Of a DNA stretch of 32,000 nt, positions 8,133-18,038 are shown in pieces (positions within the stretch are counted from its first letter, which is position 1; the number at the start of each line of letters is the position of its first letter). Source of the DNA: Opitutales bacterium (GTDB taxonomy: Bacteria; Verrucomicrobiota; Verrucomicrobiia; Opitutales; Oceanipulchritudinaceae); NCBI GenBank assembly GCA_016928295.1, contig JAFGLA010000045.1, positions 5,819 through 37,818 of the forward strand, given 5' to 3'. Under the pieces are notes generated by a model, which saw only the letters and a program-made list of their open reading frames with translations, was not told where the DNA came from and made no database searches. The position numbers were made by a program, and so were the translations under genes.

Positions 8133-9974
8133 ATGACAGACAAGCAGACAATCTGCCAGGACAAGAAGCTGATTGACCTGAAAAAGAGCATCGGCAACCC
8201 CATTCTACGCGCTCTGGCTCCACTTATTGAGAGCACGCTGGCCGCACGCGCCCTGAACGACATTTACAGCCGCGCCTGCCTGATGGACAGCGGCACCAAT
8301 TTCTTTGACCGCACACTCTGCACCGCGGGGGTGAACTACGTCATAAGCGCCGAAGACCGCGACCGCATCCCCAAGGACGGAACGCTCATCGTAGTGTCCA
8401 ACCACCCCTACGGCGGCATCGACGGCATGGCCCTCGGCTCGCTCCTCTGCTCAGTGAGGGAAGACACAAAGTTCCTCGTCAACTACATGCTCGGAGCCAT
8501 AGAGGAGCTGAAGCCATACTTCATTTCCGTGGACCCATTCGGCGGGGCCAACGCCACACGCGCCAACATCGCCCCGATAAAGGAAGCTCTCAAGTGGCTA
8601 AAAAACGGCGGCTGCCTTGGCACCTTCCCATCCGGCACCGTATCGCACCTGCAACTGAAAAAACGCCACGTCAGCGACCCTGAGTGGAACGACAACGTCG
8701 CGGGCCTCATCCGCAGAACGGGCGCAAGCGTCCTGCCCGTCTTCATCCAGGGGCGCAACAGCAACTTCTTTCAAGCCGCGGGGCTTTTGCACCCGCGTCT
8801 GCGCACCGCGCTTCTAGTGCGCGAGCTTGCCCGCATGAGGGGGCAGACGATAGAAATCCGCATCGGTCAGCCAATCCCGGCCTCCCGCCTTGTAAAGTTC
8901 GAAAGCGACAAGGAAATGACGTCCTTCATGCGCCTGAAGACATACAACCTGCGCAACCGCAACGAGGACGTAAAGAAGCGCCGCTTCATCAAAATGCCAA
9001 TGCGCAGCCCCAAGGCCAAGGCGCCTATGGAAACGATCGTCCCCGCCGTGGACCCGGGCATTCTCGCGGCGGAAATCGCCACCCTTCCGCCCGAGAATAC
9101 GCTTGTATCGCACGGCGACATGAGCGTAATCATGGCCGAAAGCGCGCAAATCCCCAACATACTGCGCGAGATTGGCCGCCTGCGCGAAATCACATTCCGC
9201 AAAGTCGGCGAAGGGACGGGCAAGGCGCTGGACCTGGACCAATACGACGCCTACTACCTGCACCTTTTCCTCTGGAACAACGCGGCAAAAGAAATCGTCG
9301 GCGGCTACCGGCTTGGCCGCACGGACAGAATACTTGCCGAACAAGGGCGCAAGGGAATATACACCACTTCGCTATTCCGCTTCAAAGGGGAGCTGCTCGA
9401 ACGCATCAGCCCCGCGCTCGAAATGGGCCGCTCCTTCATCCGCGAAGAATACCAGCGAAAACCCACGGCCCTGCCCCTAATCTGGCGCGGCATCGGCGAG
9501 TACATCTGCCGCAACCCCGCTTACCGCGTTCTCTTCGGCCCCGTGTCCATCAGCAGCGACTACAAACGCGCATCGCGAGACCTGATGGTTCAGTACTTGC
9601 GCAACAACTCGCTAGATCAGGAGCTGCACCCCCTTGTAAAGGCCCGCCGCCCCCCGAACAGGGGAAAGTTTGGCCAGATAGATAAAAAGAGCCTCAGGGC
9701 TACGATAAAGGACGTGGAGGACATCTCCGCGCTCGTCTCCGACATCGAAACCGACCGCAAAGGCGTGCCCGTCCTGCTAAAGCACTACCTGAAGCTCAAC
9801 GCAACCATCCTCAGCTTCAATGTGGACAAAGACTTCTGCGACGTCATCGACGGGCTTATAGTCGTGGACCTCATGCGCACGGACCCAAAGATAATGAAAC
9901 GCTTCATGAGCGACGAAGGCGCGGAAAAGTTCCTCAAACTGCACGGCGAAAGCGTCGAAAAAGCCGTAGAGTAG
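8133..9974 (+). CDS. Two-domain acyltransferase: N-terminal PlsC-type O-acyltransferase plus C-terminal OlsB-like GNAT N-acyltransferase (OlsF-like aminolipid synthase)
   Basis: N-terminal region: LIVVSNHPYGGIDGMALG, an H(x)nD acyltransferase box, then GTFPSG. Middle/C-terminal region: LREITFRKVGEGTGKALDLDQYDAYYLHLFLWNNAAKEIVGGYRLG, typical of the hemolysin-like/OlsB GNAT family (Acetyltransf_5 type). At 613 aa, the domain order matches what I recall for OlsF. Confidence 0.7.
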   Translation: MTDKQTICQDKKLIDLKKSIGNPILRALAPLIESTLAARALNDIYSRACLMDSGTNFFDRTLCTAGVNYVISAEDRDRIPKDGTLIVVSNHPYGGIDGMALGSLLCSVREDTKFLVNYMLGAIEELKPYFISVDPFGGANATRANIAPIKEALKWLKNGGCLGTFPSGTVSHLQLKKRHVSDPEWNDNVAGLIRRTGASVLPVFIQGRNSNFFQAAGLLHPRLRTALLVRELARMRGQTIEIRIGQPIPASRLVKFESDKEMTSFMRLKTYNLRNRNEDVKKRRFIKMPMRSPKAKAPMETIVPAVDPGILAAEIATLPPENTLVSHGDMSVIMAESAQIPNILREIGRLREITFRKVGEGTGKALDLDQYDAYYLHLFLWNNAAKEIVGGYRLGRTDRILAEQGRKGIYTTSLFRFKGELLERISPALEMGRSFIREEYQRKPTALPLIWRGIGEYICRNPAYRVLFGPVSISSDYKRASRDLMVQYLRNNSLDQELHPLVKARRPPNRGKFGQIDKKSLRATIKDVEDISALVSDIETDRKGVPVLLKHYLKLNATILSFNVDKDFCDVIDGLIVVDLMRTDPKIMKRFMSDEGAEKFLKLHGESVEKAVE

Positions 9975-10010
9975 CGCAAGGCGCGACCGCATTTGAATGC
10001 CGATCGCTCG

Positions 10011-10033
10011 AAAAAAGCGTAAGTCGTCTTTTT
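10011..10033. terminator. Bidirectional terminator between the acyltransferase and IMPase genes
   Basis: AAAAAAGCG-TAAGT-CG(T)CTTTTT: an A-tract, a short GC stem and a T-tract, readable on both strands. It is preceded by a second hairpin at 9983-10007 (GCGAcCGCATT..AATGCcGaTCGC). Confidence 0.55.
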
Positions 10034-10042
10034 AAAAGCTCC

Positions 10043-10849
10043 CTAACTCTGCTCACCGCGTACCATCTTTCGGCACCTGTCGCAAAAATCCTCCGTTCCG
10101 GCAAAGAAGGGGCAAGGCTTCTGTTTGATGTCAAAAGACTTCAAAGGGAAGAACGACTCGTCCAAAAACTCCACCCGCCCACCGGCAGCCTGCATAATGG
10201 CGCAGGCCGCAGCCACATCCCAGCTCTTGCTGCGAAAGTCGATGCAGCCCTCTATCATGCCAAGCGCCGTGTAGGTCAGGCTTAGAGCGCCGCTGCTTAT
10301 GCTGCGAATGTGCATCTGAGTAACCATCGGATCCAACTTCACGCGCCACTCACCGCGCAACGGAAAAGAAAGCCCAACGATACTCCTCTCCTCCATCGGA
10401 TTCTGCGGCATCGCGCCTCGGGAATCCTCGCCATCCTTCAGCCCCAACCCCGGACCGCCCTCGATGATACGGTCCCTGCCAAAGTCGTAGATAAAGCCGT
10501 AAACAGGCATCCCGTCCCTCAAAAGACCCAGAGAAATACAGCACAAGGGAAGCCCAAGGGCAAAGTTGTTAGTCCCGTCAATCGGGTCCAGAATCCAGCA
10601 ATAGCGGGCCTTCAAGGGACGCGACTGAGCATGTGGATCGCTCTCCTCGCTGCAAAAATCATCCTCGGGGAAAGACGCCTGCAAAGCGGCGCCGATTCTC
10701 TCCGAAATGGCGAAATCCGCAAATGTCACGCGCGAATTATCCTCTTTCCACTCGCTTACAACGCGCCCGAACTGCTTGCGAAAAAACGGAATCTGCTCCT
10801 TTACGCATTCGCGACCGACGTTGATTCGATGCCGAAGATTCTTGTCCAT
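10043..10849 (-). CDS. Inositol monophosphatase family phosphatase (SuhB/CysQ-like)
   Basis: Motifs VTFADFAISERI (D.VT.AD), WILDPIDGTNNF and WDVAAACAIMQAAGG are present. The track start at 10903 is a TTG preceding an atypical hydrophobic extension, so the first ATG (10849, MDKNLRHR) is preferred. Confidence 0.85.
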   Translation of the reverse strand: MDKNLRHRINVGRECVKEQIPFFRKQFGRVVSEWKEDNSRVTFADFAISERIGAALQASFPEDDFCSEESDPHAQSRPLKARYCWILDPIDGTNNFALGLPLCCISLGLLRDGMPVYGFIYDFGRDRIIEGGPGLGLKDGEDSRGAMPQNPMEERSIVGLSFPLRGEWRVKLDPMVTQMHIRSISSGALSLTYTALGMIEGCIDFRSKSWDVAAACAIMQAAGGRVEFLDESFFPLKSFDIKQKPCPFFAGTEDFCDRCRKMVRGEQS

Positions 10850-11018
10850 GAGCGCCAATACCACGACAAACTCCGCCGCAACGCGAGCAGTAAAGATGTG
10901 CAAGCCCCGTCAGCGCGCCACCAGCATTGCCATATCGAACCCCACCTTGCCAATTTGACGGATTGCCACGCGCGACAGCTTCGATAAAGATATTTTACGA
11001 AGCCCCACAGCCCGAGCC

Positions 11019-11714
11019 ATGGATTACACACTCATTGCACAATTCGCCCTGTTCGCGACCTTTTCCGCCGTAATACTGTTCTTCTCGATACGCAGCACGA
11101 GAAAGGCCGTGGGGAACCAGAAAAACGCCATGCAAAACCTTGCCGCCGCGCTTGGACTGCAAGTCAAGGGCGGCGAACCGGTACTGCCCAATGCCAGCTT
11201 TCTTCGCTGGATACGCAAGCCACTGTATATCAGTGACAAATACGACGGCAAGCAGCTCCACATATACCACGTCCAGAAGAGTACCGGAAAAAACAACATC
11301 AGCTACGCGACTATCGAGGTCAAGCTGGACGCCAAGCTCATAGGCAAGAGCGACCTGCGCATGAGCATCAGCGCGATTGGGTGGATGAGCAAAATCAGCC
11401 TCGGCCTGGGGCGTAAACCCATTGTCACGGGCGACGAAGCCTTCGACAAGATCTTCGCGGTCAAGGCGCACGACGAAAATCTGGCCCAAGCCCTATTCAT
11501 GCCCGAAATACGCGCCGAGTTCATCCGCGTATGGGATGTGCACGATGTGAAGGGAACAATAAAGGTCGGCCACGCGGAAATCGGCTACGAAGAACTTGGA
11601 CGCCTGCGAACAGACGCACAAGTGCGCCGCTTTCACGCCCTGTCGCTCCTGATAGTCAAAATGGCCCGGATTATCGACACAATCCGCAGCATGGAAAAAG
11701 AAGAAGGACGATAG
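11019..11714 (+). CDS. Hypothetical membrane-anchored protein (one N-terminal TM helix)
   Basis: 231-codon ORF with an ATG start. N-terminal TM segment: LIAQFALFATFSAVILFFSI. The remainder has a balanced, Lys-containing composition, unlike the antisense ORF at 10995-11489. I recognise no family with confidence. Confidence 0.6.
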   Translation: MDYTLIAQFALFATFSAVILFFSIRSTRKAVGNQKNAMQNLAAALGLQVKGGEPVLPNASFLRWIRKPLYISDKYDGKQLHIYHVQKSTGKNNISYATIEVKLDAKLIGKSDLRMSISAIGWMSKISLGLGRKPIVTGDEAFDKIFAVKAHDENLAQALFMPEIRAEFIRVWDVHDVKGTIKVGHAEIGYEELGRLRTDAQVRRFHALSLLIVKMARIIDTIRSMEKEEGR

Positions 11715-11782
11715 GCAGACATTCAAATACAGCGCGAGGGGCAAGGCTTGGCTTTGAACCAGCCCCTTCCCAGCCCCACGCT

Positions 11783-12484
11783 TCAGGCAGCGGCCCAGCG
11801 GTCAAGCACCCTGTAAAGAGCTTCGCGACAAGGAGCGGCATTCTCTTCAAGACCGGCGATAATCTCCGCCCCGTCCTGCACAAAAGGGCCGCCTTCCTGG
11901 AGTTCGTTGCTAAAGAAACGCACAAAGTCGTGCACTTCGCGCTCTTCGGCCTCGAAGTGAAATTGCAGCCCGATTACGCGCCCGCCGTTCATGCTGAATG
12001 CCTGCGATGCGCAAACCTCGCTACTGGCCAAATGCGTCGCGTGAGCGGGAATGGCAAAAGTGTCCCCATGCCATTGCAGGACTTTCATTTTGGGCGCAAA
12101 GCCCGCGAACGGCCCCTCGGCAAGAGCCTGCGCTGTAAAACGAATCTGCCACCAACCTATTTCCTTGTGAGGGTTGCGAGTAACCTTCGCCCCAAGGGAA
12201 CGAGCAATCAACTGGCCGCCAAGGCAGACGCCAAAGGCACGCCCACCAGCGGCAATGTGTTGCGCGATAAGGGCTTTCTCCCCCGCAAGCCACGAATACC
12301 GCTCGTCCTCGTCAACGTTCATCGGGCCACCCATTATCACGAGCGCCTCGTCCGGCGCGATTTGCGGCAAAGCGTCCCCCTGGTAAAGACGCACGGTATG
12401 TATGGAATGAGCGCGATCTTCGGCCCACTTGCCAATAAGGCCCGCCTCCTCCGGCTCAAAATGCTGAAAACACCAAATCTTCAT
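11783..12484 (-). CDS. Class-I glutamine amidotransferase (GMP-synthase-like GATase1 domain protein)
   Basis: MKIWCFQHFEPEEAG...VIMGGPMNV..E...W...E...I......GRAFGVCLGGQLIARSLGAKV (nucleophile Cys elbow), and ...LQWHGDTF. The track start at 12604 is a GTG, so the start is trimmed to the ATG at 12484. Confidence 0.8.
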   Translation of the reverse strand: MKIWCFQHFEPEEAGLIGKWAEDRAHSIHTVRLYQGDALPQIAPDEALVIMGGPMNVDEDERYSWLAGEKALIAQHIAAGGRAFGVCLGGQLIARSLGAKVTRNPHKEIGWWQIRFTAQALAEGPFAGFAPKMKVLQWHGDTFAIPAHATHLASSEVCASQAFSMNGGRVIGLQFHFEAEEREVHDFVRFFSNELQEGGPFVQDGAEIIAGLEENAAPCREALYRVLDRWAAA

Positions 12485-12639
12485 AGCTTTGCATGGCGAA
12501 CATGCATAATGCGGACCATCCGGATACCGGGCGCGACAAAAGACGGTTTTTTCCAAAAAACGCCACAGATAACAGAGCCAAGAGCCGAAAGCCCAATTGC
12601 GCACCCAGAGCAGGTGGGTTTGGCCACACGCTCAGCCAC

Positions 12640-13569
12640 CTACTTCAACTGATCGCGAAAATAAGCGATTGTACGGTCAAGCCCCTCTTCGAGATTCACC
12701 TTGGGCTCCCAGCCAATGATGGACTTCACCTTGTCGATATTCGGCTTACGCTGCAAAGGGTCATCCTCCGGCAAAGGCTGGAACACCAACTTGGATTTAC
12801 CGCCTATCTTGGCCAGAACCTTCTCGGCAAGCTCCAGAATCGTGAACTCGCCCGGGTTTCCAAGGTTTAGCGGGCCTACGCTCTGCGTCTGCTCCATTAT
12901 GCCCATCATGCCGTTGACAAGATCGTCCACATAGCAGAACGAACGCGTCTGCGAGCCATCGCCAAAAACGGTTATGTCCTCTCCCTTGAGCGCCTGAACG
13001 ATGAAGTTCGACACAACACGCCCGTCGCGCGGGTCCATGCGTGGACCGTAGGTGTTGAAAATGCGTATTACGCGAATGTCCGTCCCGTGCTCGCGATAGT
13101 AGTTGAAGAACAGACTCTCGGCGCAGCGTTTGCCCTCGTCATAGCAGGAGCGAAGACCGATCGGGTTCACATTGCCGCGATACTCCTCCACCTGCGGATG
13201 CACGTCCGGGTCTCCGTAAACCTCCGATGTCGAAGCCTGAAGGATGCGTGCCTTGGTACGCTTGGCAAGGCCCAGAACGTTTATCGCCCCCAAGACGCTG
13301 GTCTTGATGGTCTTGATGGGGTTGTACTGGTAGTGCACGGGCGAAGCCGGACAGGCAAGATTGTAAATCCGATCCGCCTCCAGTTTGATCGGGTCCACCA
13401 CATCGTGACGGATTACCTCAAAATACGGGTTGTCGAGCAAGTGACGTATGTTGCTCTTTGAACCTGTGAAGAAATTGTCCAGACAGATCACATCGTTGCC
13501 CTGCGAAAGCAAACGCTCGCAAAGGTGACTGCCAAGGAATCCGGCTCCGCCGGTGACGAGAACTTTCAT
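12640..13569 (-). CDS. uxs: UDP-glucuronate decarboxylase (UDP-xylose synthase), SDR family
   Basis: [47 protein letters not shown]...[17 protein letters not shown]; catalytic YDEGKR. This is nearly diagnostic for UXS-type enzymes. Confidence 0.93.
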   Translation of the reverse strand: MKVLVTGGAGFLGSHLCERLLSQGNDVICLDNFFTGSKSNIRHLLDNPYFEVIRHDVVDPIKLEADRIYNLACPASPVHYQYNPIKTIKTSVLGAINVLGLAKRTKARILQASTSEVYGDPDVHPQVEEYRGNVNPIGLRSCYDEGKRCAESLFFNYYREHGTDIRVIRIFNTYGPRMDPRDGRVVSNFIVQALKGEDITVFGDGSQTRSFCYVDDLVNGMMGIMEQTQSVGPLNLGNPGEFTILELAEKVLAKIGGKSKLVFQPLPEDDPLQRKPNIDKVKSIIGWEPKVNLEEGLDRTIAYFRDQLK

Positions 13570-13702
13570 GGGAATAATGAAAACTGGAAGTTAATTAATT
13601 CTGCCCAGTGACCGCAGCCACCAAAGGATACAACGGCACGTGAAACACTTCGTTTCAGTAATATTATCACAAAGAGAACTGAGCGCGAGCGGCAAAGCAG
13701 CC

Positions 13703-13742
13703 ATATACAAGAAAAGCCGCGAGCTTTTACACACGCGGCTTT
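13703..13742 (-). terminator. Rho-independent terminator after aspC
   Basis: AAAGCCGCG (13713-13721) pairs with CGCGGCTTT (13734-13742): a perfect 9 bp with a 12-nt loop. On the minus strand the hairpin is followed by TTTTCTTGTATAT. Confidence 0.7.
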
Positions 13743-13768
13743 CCTTAAATGTGGTCTATATCAAGACG

Positions 13769-14962
13769 CTAGCGAAGGACTGAAGCAATGGCGTCGCAAA
13801 GGCGGTCCATCGTCTTCTCGTTCATGCCGGCTACACTCACGCGGCCTGAAGCCACGATGTAAATGGAGTGCTTCTCGCGCAGTTCATCCACCTGCTCCTT
13901 GCTAAGACCGGAGAATGAGAACATGCCGAGCTGGCGCTTGATGAAGCCAAAGTCTTGCTTGATGCCCTTCCCTGCAAGGGTGTCGGCGAACAGGGCGCGA
14001 AGACCGTTGATTCGCTCGCGCATCAGGCGCACCTCGTCAACCCACATCGTGCGCAAGTCCTTGTCCCCCATAATGGAAGCGACAACGGAGAAGCCGTGCT
14101 GAGGCGGGTTTGAATAGTTGGCGCGAATGACGCGCTTTACCTGCGAACCGATGCGCTGGGCCATGCTCTCGTCATCGCAAAGGAAACTTACAGCGCCCAC
14201 GCGGTCTGCATAAAGGCTGAAGTTCTTCGAGCAGGAGCTGCACACGATCATGTTGCGACAGCGGGAGGCGAGAACGCGCAAGCCTGCGGCGTCCTCTTCA
14301 ATGCCCGTGCCGAAGCCCTGATAGGCGAAGTCCACGATGGGCAGGATGTTGCGCGCGGCAAGAATCTCCGCGATCTGCGTCCATTGCTCCAGCGTGGGGT
14401 CGATGCCTGTCGGGTTGTGGCAGCAGCCGTGCAGAAGCACCGCGTTGCCTGAGGGAACCTTTTCCAAGGTGGAAACAAGGCCGCCAAAATCCAGACAGTT
14501 GCCAATGGGGTCAAACCATGCGTAACGCTCGGTGCGGACACCGGCGGCGTCAAAAATCTGCGTATGGTTGGGCCAGGTGGGGTTACTTATCCACACCTTT
14601 ATGGACGGGAAGTTCTGCTTGAGAAAGTCCGCCACCACGCGCAAGGCACCCGTTCCGCCCGGGGCACAGGCAGTGAAGACGCGCTTTGTAAAGAGCGCCT
14701 CCGAATCCGCGCCGAGAATCAGACTCTGCATCTGCGCGCGATAAATGGGGTCTCCCTCGATTGGCAGATACACCCTGCTGACTGCGGAGCCAGCAAGACG
14801 CTTTTCGGCCTCCCTGGCGCAATTCAGCAACGGAGTCTTTCCGTTGGAATCGGTGAACACACCCACGCCAAGATTAATCTTGGCAGGGTTCGGATCCTTC
14901 TTGAATGCCTCGGTCAGCCCGAGAATCGGGTCCGATGGCGCGAGAGGTACATCTTCGAACAT
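13769..14962 (-). CDS. aspC: Aspartate/aromatic aminotransferase (class I, AspC/TyrB type)
   Basis: MFEDVPLAPSDPILGLTEAFKKDPNPAKINLGVGVF.D.NGKTPLL is near-collinear with the E. coli AspC N-terminus. PLP-lysine context: SCSKNFSLYADRVGA. Confidence 0.93.
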   Translation of the reverse strand: MFEDVPLAPSDPILGLTEAFKKDPNPAKINLGVGVFTDSNGKTPLLNCAREAEKRLAGSAVSRVYLPIEGDPIYRAQMQSLILGADSEALFTKRVFTACAPGGTGALRVVADFLKQNFPSIKVWISNPTWPNHTQIFDAAGVRTERYAWFDPIGNCLDFGGLVSTLEKVPSGNAVLLHGCCHNPTGIDPTLEQWTQIAEILAARNILPIVDFAYQGFGTGIEEDAAGLRVLASRCRNMIVCSSCSKNFSLYADRVGAVSFLCDDESMAQRIGSQVKRVIRANYSNPPQHGFSVVASIMGDKDLRTMWVDEVRLMRERINGLRALFADTLAGKGIKQDFGFIKRQLGMFSFSGLSKEQVDELREKHSIYIVASGRVSVAGMNEKTMDRLCDAIASVLR

Positions 14963-15241
14963 GGGAAAAGCCCTGTGTTTAGGCCGTCGAGTGGGCTAGA
15001 GAAGCAAAACGCCCGTGTCAACGCTAGGTTCAGATTATTTTTGCACAGCTTTGCCCAATGCACAAACACAAGAGTGAAGTGCTATGCTGTTTTTTTACTC
15101 AGCCACTGCAAATATCTGAGCCGTCACCGCCTTGGTCCCGCATAGATGCACAACAAATGACGCGCTGCGCCATTCAAGAACAAGACAGGCTACCGCGGCT
15201 TGCAACTTTATGGGACTGATTCATGATTACACATCAACAAG

Positions 15242-16747
15242 ATGGAGCAAGACACCGCGAACGCTACCCCTACGACAGAAAAGCTGTGCCTGATTGCCGG
15301 AGCCGGTCCGGCGGGCCTCACCACCGCACTTGAGCTGCTTCGCTCAGGCAGCGGAATCAAGCCCGTGATATTCGAGGCGGACAGCCAGGTCGGCGGCATA
15401 TCTCGAACCGTGGTTTACAAGGGCAACCGAATCGACATAGGCGGGCACCGCTTCTTTTCAAAGTCCAAATGGGTGACGCAATTCTGGGCCTCCGTAATGG
15501 ACATGCCCGAGCGCAGCCGCCTCTCGCGCATCTACTACCTGCGCAGCTTTTTCAACTACCCGATAAGCCTGTCGCTGGACACGCTAAAGAAGCTGGGCCT
15601 AGTGCGTACGGTCAAGGTGGGCATGTCTTACCTAAAAGCGCGCGCCTTCCCAATAAAGCCCGAGAAGAGCCTCGCCGACTTCATGATCAACCGCTTCGGG
15701 CGAGAGCTTTACGGAACCTTCTTCCGCGATTACACGGAAAAAGTCTGGGGAGTGCCCTGCGAAAGCATCAGCCCCGAATGGGGAGCGCAACGCATCAAGG
15801 GCGTGTCCATCAGCGCCGTTCTGGCCCACGCACTGCGAAGCGCGCTGCACATCCGCTCAAAGGAGCAGGAGACAAGCCTCATAGACGCCTTCAACTACCC
15901 GCCGCACGGCCCGGGCCAGCTCTGGGAAAAGGCAGCGGAAGAAGTCCTGCGCCTCGGTGGAGAGATTCACCTGAACGCGAAAGTCTCCCGCGTAAAAAAG
16001 ACTCCGCAAGGCTGGGCCGTCACGGTCACAAAGGCAGACGGGACAAACCTCGTCGCGGAAGGCGAAAACTTTGTTTCCACAATGCCGCTCAAGGATCTGG
16101 TCGCCTCGCTCGACGGGGTGGAAGTCCCGCAAAGCGTGCGCGAGGTGGCCGATGGGCTTGTGTATCGCGACTTTCTCACCGTTGGGCTGCTCGTGCCCCG
16201 CTTTGCCGAAGTGGCCCTCAAGGCATCTGGCGGCAAAGTGCGCGACAACTGGATTTACATACAGGAAAGCGACGTAAAAGTGGGCCGCGTACAGGTATTC
16301 CCGAACTGGAGTCCCGACATGGTGGCAAACCCCGAACACGTGTGGATGGGCCTTGAGTATTTCTGCAATATCGGCGACACGCTCGAAAGCCTCTCCGACG
16401 AAAAACTCAAGCGCCTAGGAGCGGAGGAAATGGCCAAGATAGGCTTCATTAACGCGGGCGAAGTGATCGACTCCTGCGTGATACGCCAGCCCAAAGCCTA
16501 CCCCGCCTATTTCGGCAGCTACGAGCGGATTGGAGAGTTGCAACAGTGGCTCGACAAGCAGCCGGGCCTGCTCGCGGTCGGGCGCAACGGAATGCACCGC
16601 TACAACAACATGGACCATTCCATGCTGGCGGCGCACGCGGCAGCGGAACTTATCCGCAAGGGCGAAACGGCAAACCCCGAGGCGAGAAAAGCCCTCTGGA
16701 ACGTGAACGCCGAAAAGGACTACCACGAGGCGGGCAAAGAGAAATAA
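15242..16747 (+). CDS. NAD(P)/FAD-dependent oxidoreductase (amine-oxidase / protoporphyrinogen-oxidase-like fold)
   Basis: N-terminal Rossmann dinucleotide motif [17 protein letters not shown]...FEA...GG, followed by GGHRFFSKS. It is 501 aa. The substrate cannot be inferred from sequence alone. Confidence 0.75.
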   Translation: MEQDTANATPTTEKLCLIAGAGPAGLTTALELLRSGSGIKPVIFEADSQVGGISRTVVYKGNRIDIGGHRFFSKSKWVTQFWASVMDMPERSRLSRIYYLRSFFNYPISLSLDTLKKLGLVRTVKVGMSYLKARAFPIKPEKSLADFMINRFGRELYGTFFRDYTEKVWGVPCESISPEWGAQRIKGVSISAVLAHALRSALHIRSKEQETSLIDAFNYPPHGPGQLWEKAAEEVLRLGGEIHLNAKVSRVKKTPQGWAVTVTKADGTNLVAEGENFVSTMPLKDLVASLDGVEVPQSVREVADGLVYRDFLTVGLLVPRFAEVALKASGGKVRDNWIYIQESDVKVGRVQVFPNWSPDMVANPEHVWMGLEYFCNIGDTLESLSDEKLKRLGAEEMAKIGFINAGEVIDSCVIRQPKAYPAYFGSYERIGELQQWLDKQPGLLAVGRNGMHRYNNMDHSMLAAHAAAELIRKGETANPEARKALWNVNAEKDYHEAGKEK

Positions 16748-16787
16748 TACGCCCGCACCCGACAGAAAACGTCGCTCAAAACAACGC

Positions 16788-17498
16788 TCAATACGCTTGG
16801 GCGCAGGGCATTGCGGCGCGACGGAAGATGCGCTCGGGAAGCTCCGGCATTGTCTCTCCCTCGCGCAGCCTCGCCTGCCCTTCGGGGCTGACATTGACAA
16901 GCCGCAGTTGCCGAACCGTGCCGCCCTCGGGCATCTCCAGATTCAGGCTGACCAGCCCCGTGCACATGCGCTTTCTTTGTGCGTTCAAATCCCGCGCGGC
17001 ACCGCCTTCAGGCTCCGCAGTCGCGGCGGCAATGAGCAGCTCCGCAGCGTTCGCGGGCAAGGCGGCGGCACTCGCGGCCTCGTCCGCCTCGACGCGGTAG
17101 AGCGTCCACAACCCCGCGCCGTCACCCTCGACATACCAGCAAACTGCACGGAGCGAAAACCCTTCCCCCGACAGCATTAAGCGAAGCCGCGCATTATCTT
17201 CATCGAAAGAAAAAGCATCCACAAGAGCCTGCGATTCCGGTACCCGCGCCTGCGCCAACACATCGTCGCACAGCGCGTGCAAAGTCTGCACCGACTGCCT
17301 CTTGGCAGTGTCCATATCAGCCTGCACTCGCCAGCTTTCCATCCCGTCAAAGAGCAATCGCCCTGCAATCAGCGCCATGATCGCGGCCAACATGCAGGCA
17401 ACAAGCAGCTCGACAAGCGTATGCCCGCGCACGCGCCCCGCAGAATGAACGCGGCCCCGCCTGCGATAGTATGCGCGATTGCCAGCGAGGCGCTTCAT
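16788..17498 (-). CDS. Prepilin-type N-terminal cleavage/methylation domain protein (pseudopilin-like, GspJ-like size)
   Basis: A basic leader (MKRLAGNRAYYRRRGRVHSAGRVRG) is followed by HTLVELLVACMLAAIMALIAG, with Glu at +5 and then a hydrophobic helix. Its ATG (17498-17496) overlaps the TGA of the upstream gene (ATGA). GGGAGGG lies 9 nt upstream. Confidence 0.65.
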   Translation of the reverse strand: MKRLAGNRAYYRRRGRVHSAGRVRGHTLVELLVACMLAAIMALIAGRLLFDGMESWRVQADMDTAKRQSVQTLHALCDDVLAQARVPESQALVDAFSFDEDNARLRLMLSGEGFSLRAVCWYVEGDGAGLWTLYRVEADEAASAAALPANAAELLIAAATAEPEGGAARDLNAQRKRMCTGLVSLNLEMPEGGTVRQLRLVNVSPEGQARLREGETMPELPERIFRRAAMPCAQAY

Positions 17499-18037
17499 TC
17501 AAGCAAACCCTCCCGCAGCACAAGCTCCCTATAACGCGCAATCTCGTGCGCGCTCCCCAGCGTCTCGCCGAACTCCCTGCCCGAATCATCCTCAACAGGA
17601 ATGCCAAGCCAGCCAAGCGACACGTCAAACTCCATAGCGATAGCGTCCTTGCGAAGCTGCGGGGCGGAAAGAGTCGCCACATAGAGTTTGGCAAGCCCCG
17701 AAGGCAAATCCGCCGCGGAATCCGCCCTGCCATACCACCATGCTGGCGCGCCATCGCTCAGTGTCATGTAAACAAGGCGCCGCACACTCCCCACCTCAAG
17801 CTCCGCCCGCAACGCCTCAAGCCCCTCCTCCTGAAGCCCGTGATGGAGCATGTCCAGCGCCAGCGGAGCGTCTTCGAGCGCAGAGGCACGGTCCGCAATG
17901 GAGCTGTCCCGCCCGCCGACAAGCATCACGCAGGCCACTGCCGCGAGAGCCAGAATGAACAGCGAGGCAATTATCTCAATAATCGTAAGCCCGAGCCGCG
18001 AACGCGACTCTGGAAATGCTGACATCTTGGAACGCAT
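17495..18037 (-). CDS. Prepilin-type N-terminal cleavage/methylation domain protein (pseudopilin-like)
   Basis: MRSKMSAFPESRSRLG/LTIIEIIASLFILALAAVACVML has a basic leader, Gly, Glu at +5 and a hydrophobic helix. The ATG at 18037 lies 1 nt after the polB TAA (18041-18039), and AGGAGG lies 10 nt upstream. The track start at 18076 is a TTG inside polB. An alternative ATG exists at 18025. Confidence 0.6.
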   Translation of the reverse strand: MRSKMSAFPESRSRLGLTIIEIIASLFILALAAVACVMLVGGRDSSIADRASALEDAPLALDMLHHGLQEEGLEALRAELEVGSVRRLVYMTLSDGAPAWWYGRADSAADLPSGLAKLYVATLSAPQLRKDAIAMEFDVSLGWLGIPVEDDSGREFGETLGSAHEIARYRELVLREGLLE

Positions 18038-18038
18038 C

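Noticed and set aside
8684-9685. 333-aa plus-strand ORF in an alternative frame inside the OlsF-like gene
   Set aside because: It has extreme Arg/Pro/Gly/His composition (RRGPHPQNGRKRPARLHPGAQ...), which is characteristic of an off-frame reading of GC-rich coding DNA. The annotated frame carries both acyltransferase motif sets.
10995-11489. 164-aa minus-strand ORF overlapping the hypothetical membrane-protein gene (11019-11714)
   Set aside because: Only one strand is likely coding. The plus frame is longer, starts with an ATG, has an N-terminal TM helix and a balanced Lys-containing composition. The minus frame is Val/Ala/Gly/Asp-rich, as is typical of antisense readings. This choice is less certain than the others.
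12546-12561. A/T palindrome GTTTTTTCCAAAAAAC upstream of the amidotransferase gene
   Set aside because: It is a short low-complexity homopolymer palindrome with a 2-nt centre. It might act as an UP-element or a weak terminator for uxs, but there is no GC stem and nothing distinctive, so it is not reportable as a feature.
11531-12652. 373-aa plus-strand ORF antisense to the glutamine amidotransferase gene
   Set aside because: It is Arg/Pro-rich low-complexity sequence and runs across an intergenic region. The minus strand carries clear GATase1 motifs (GVCLGGQ, QWHGD).
15027-15036. GGTTCAGATT string resembling a tRNA T-loop in the aspC/oxidoreductase divergent spacer
   Set aside because: The flanking bases cannot form a T-stem (CTAGG versus TATTT), and no acceptor or anticodon arms can be drawn. 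It is not a tRNA.
15469-16356. 295-aa alternative-frame ORF inside the FAD oxidoreductase gene, plus antisense ORFs at 15857-16339 and 16415-16900
   Set aside because: Their composition is Arg/Gly/Pro-rich, and they lack any motif or sensible start context. The main frame has the GxGxxG Rossmann motif and is uninterrupted for 501 codons.
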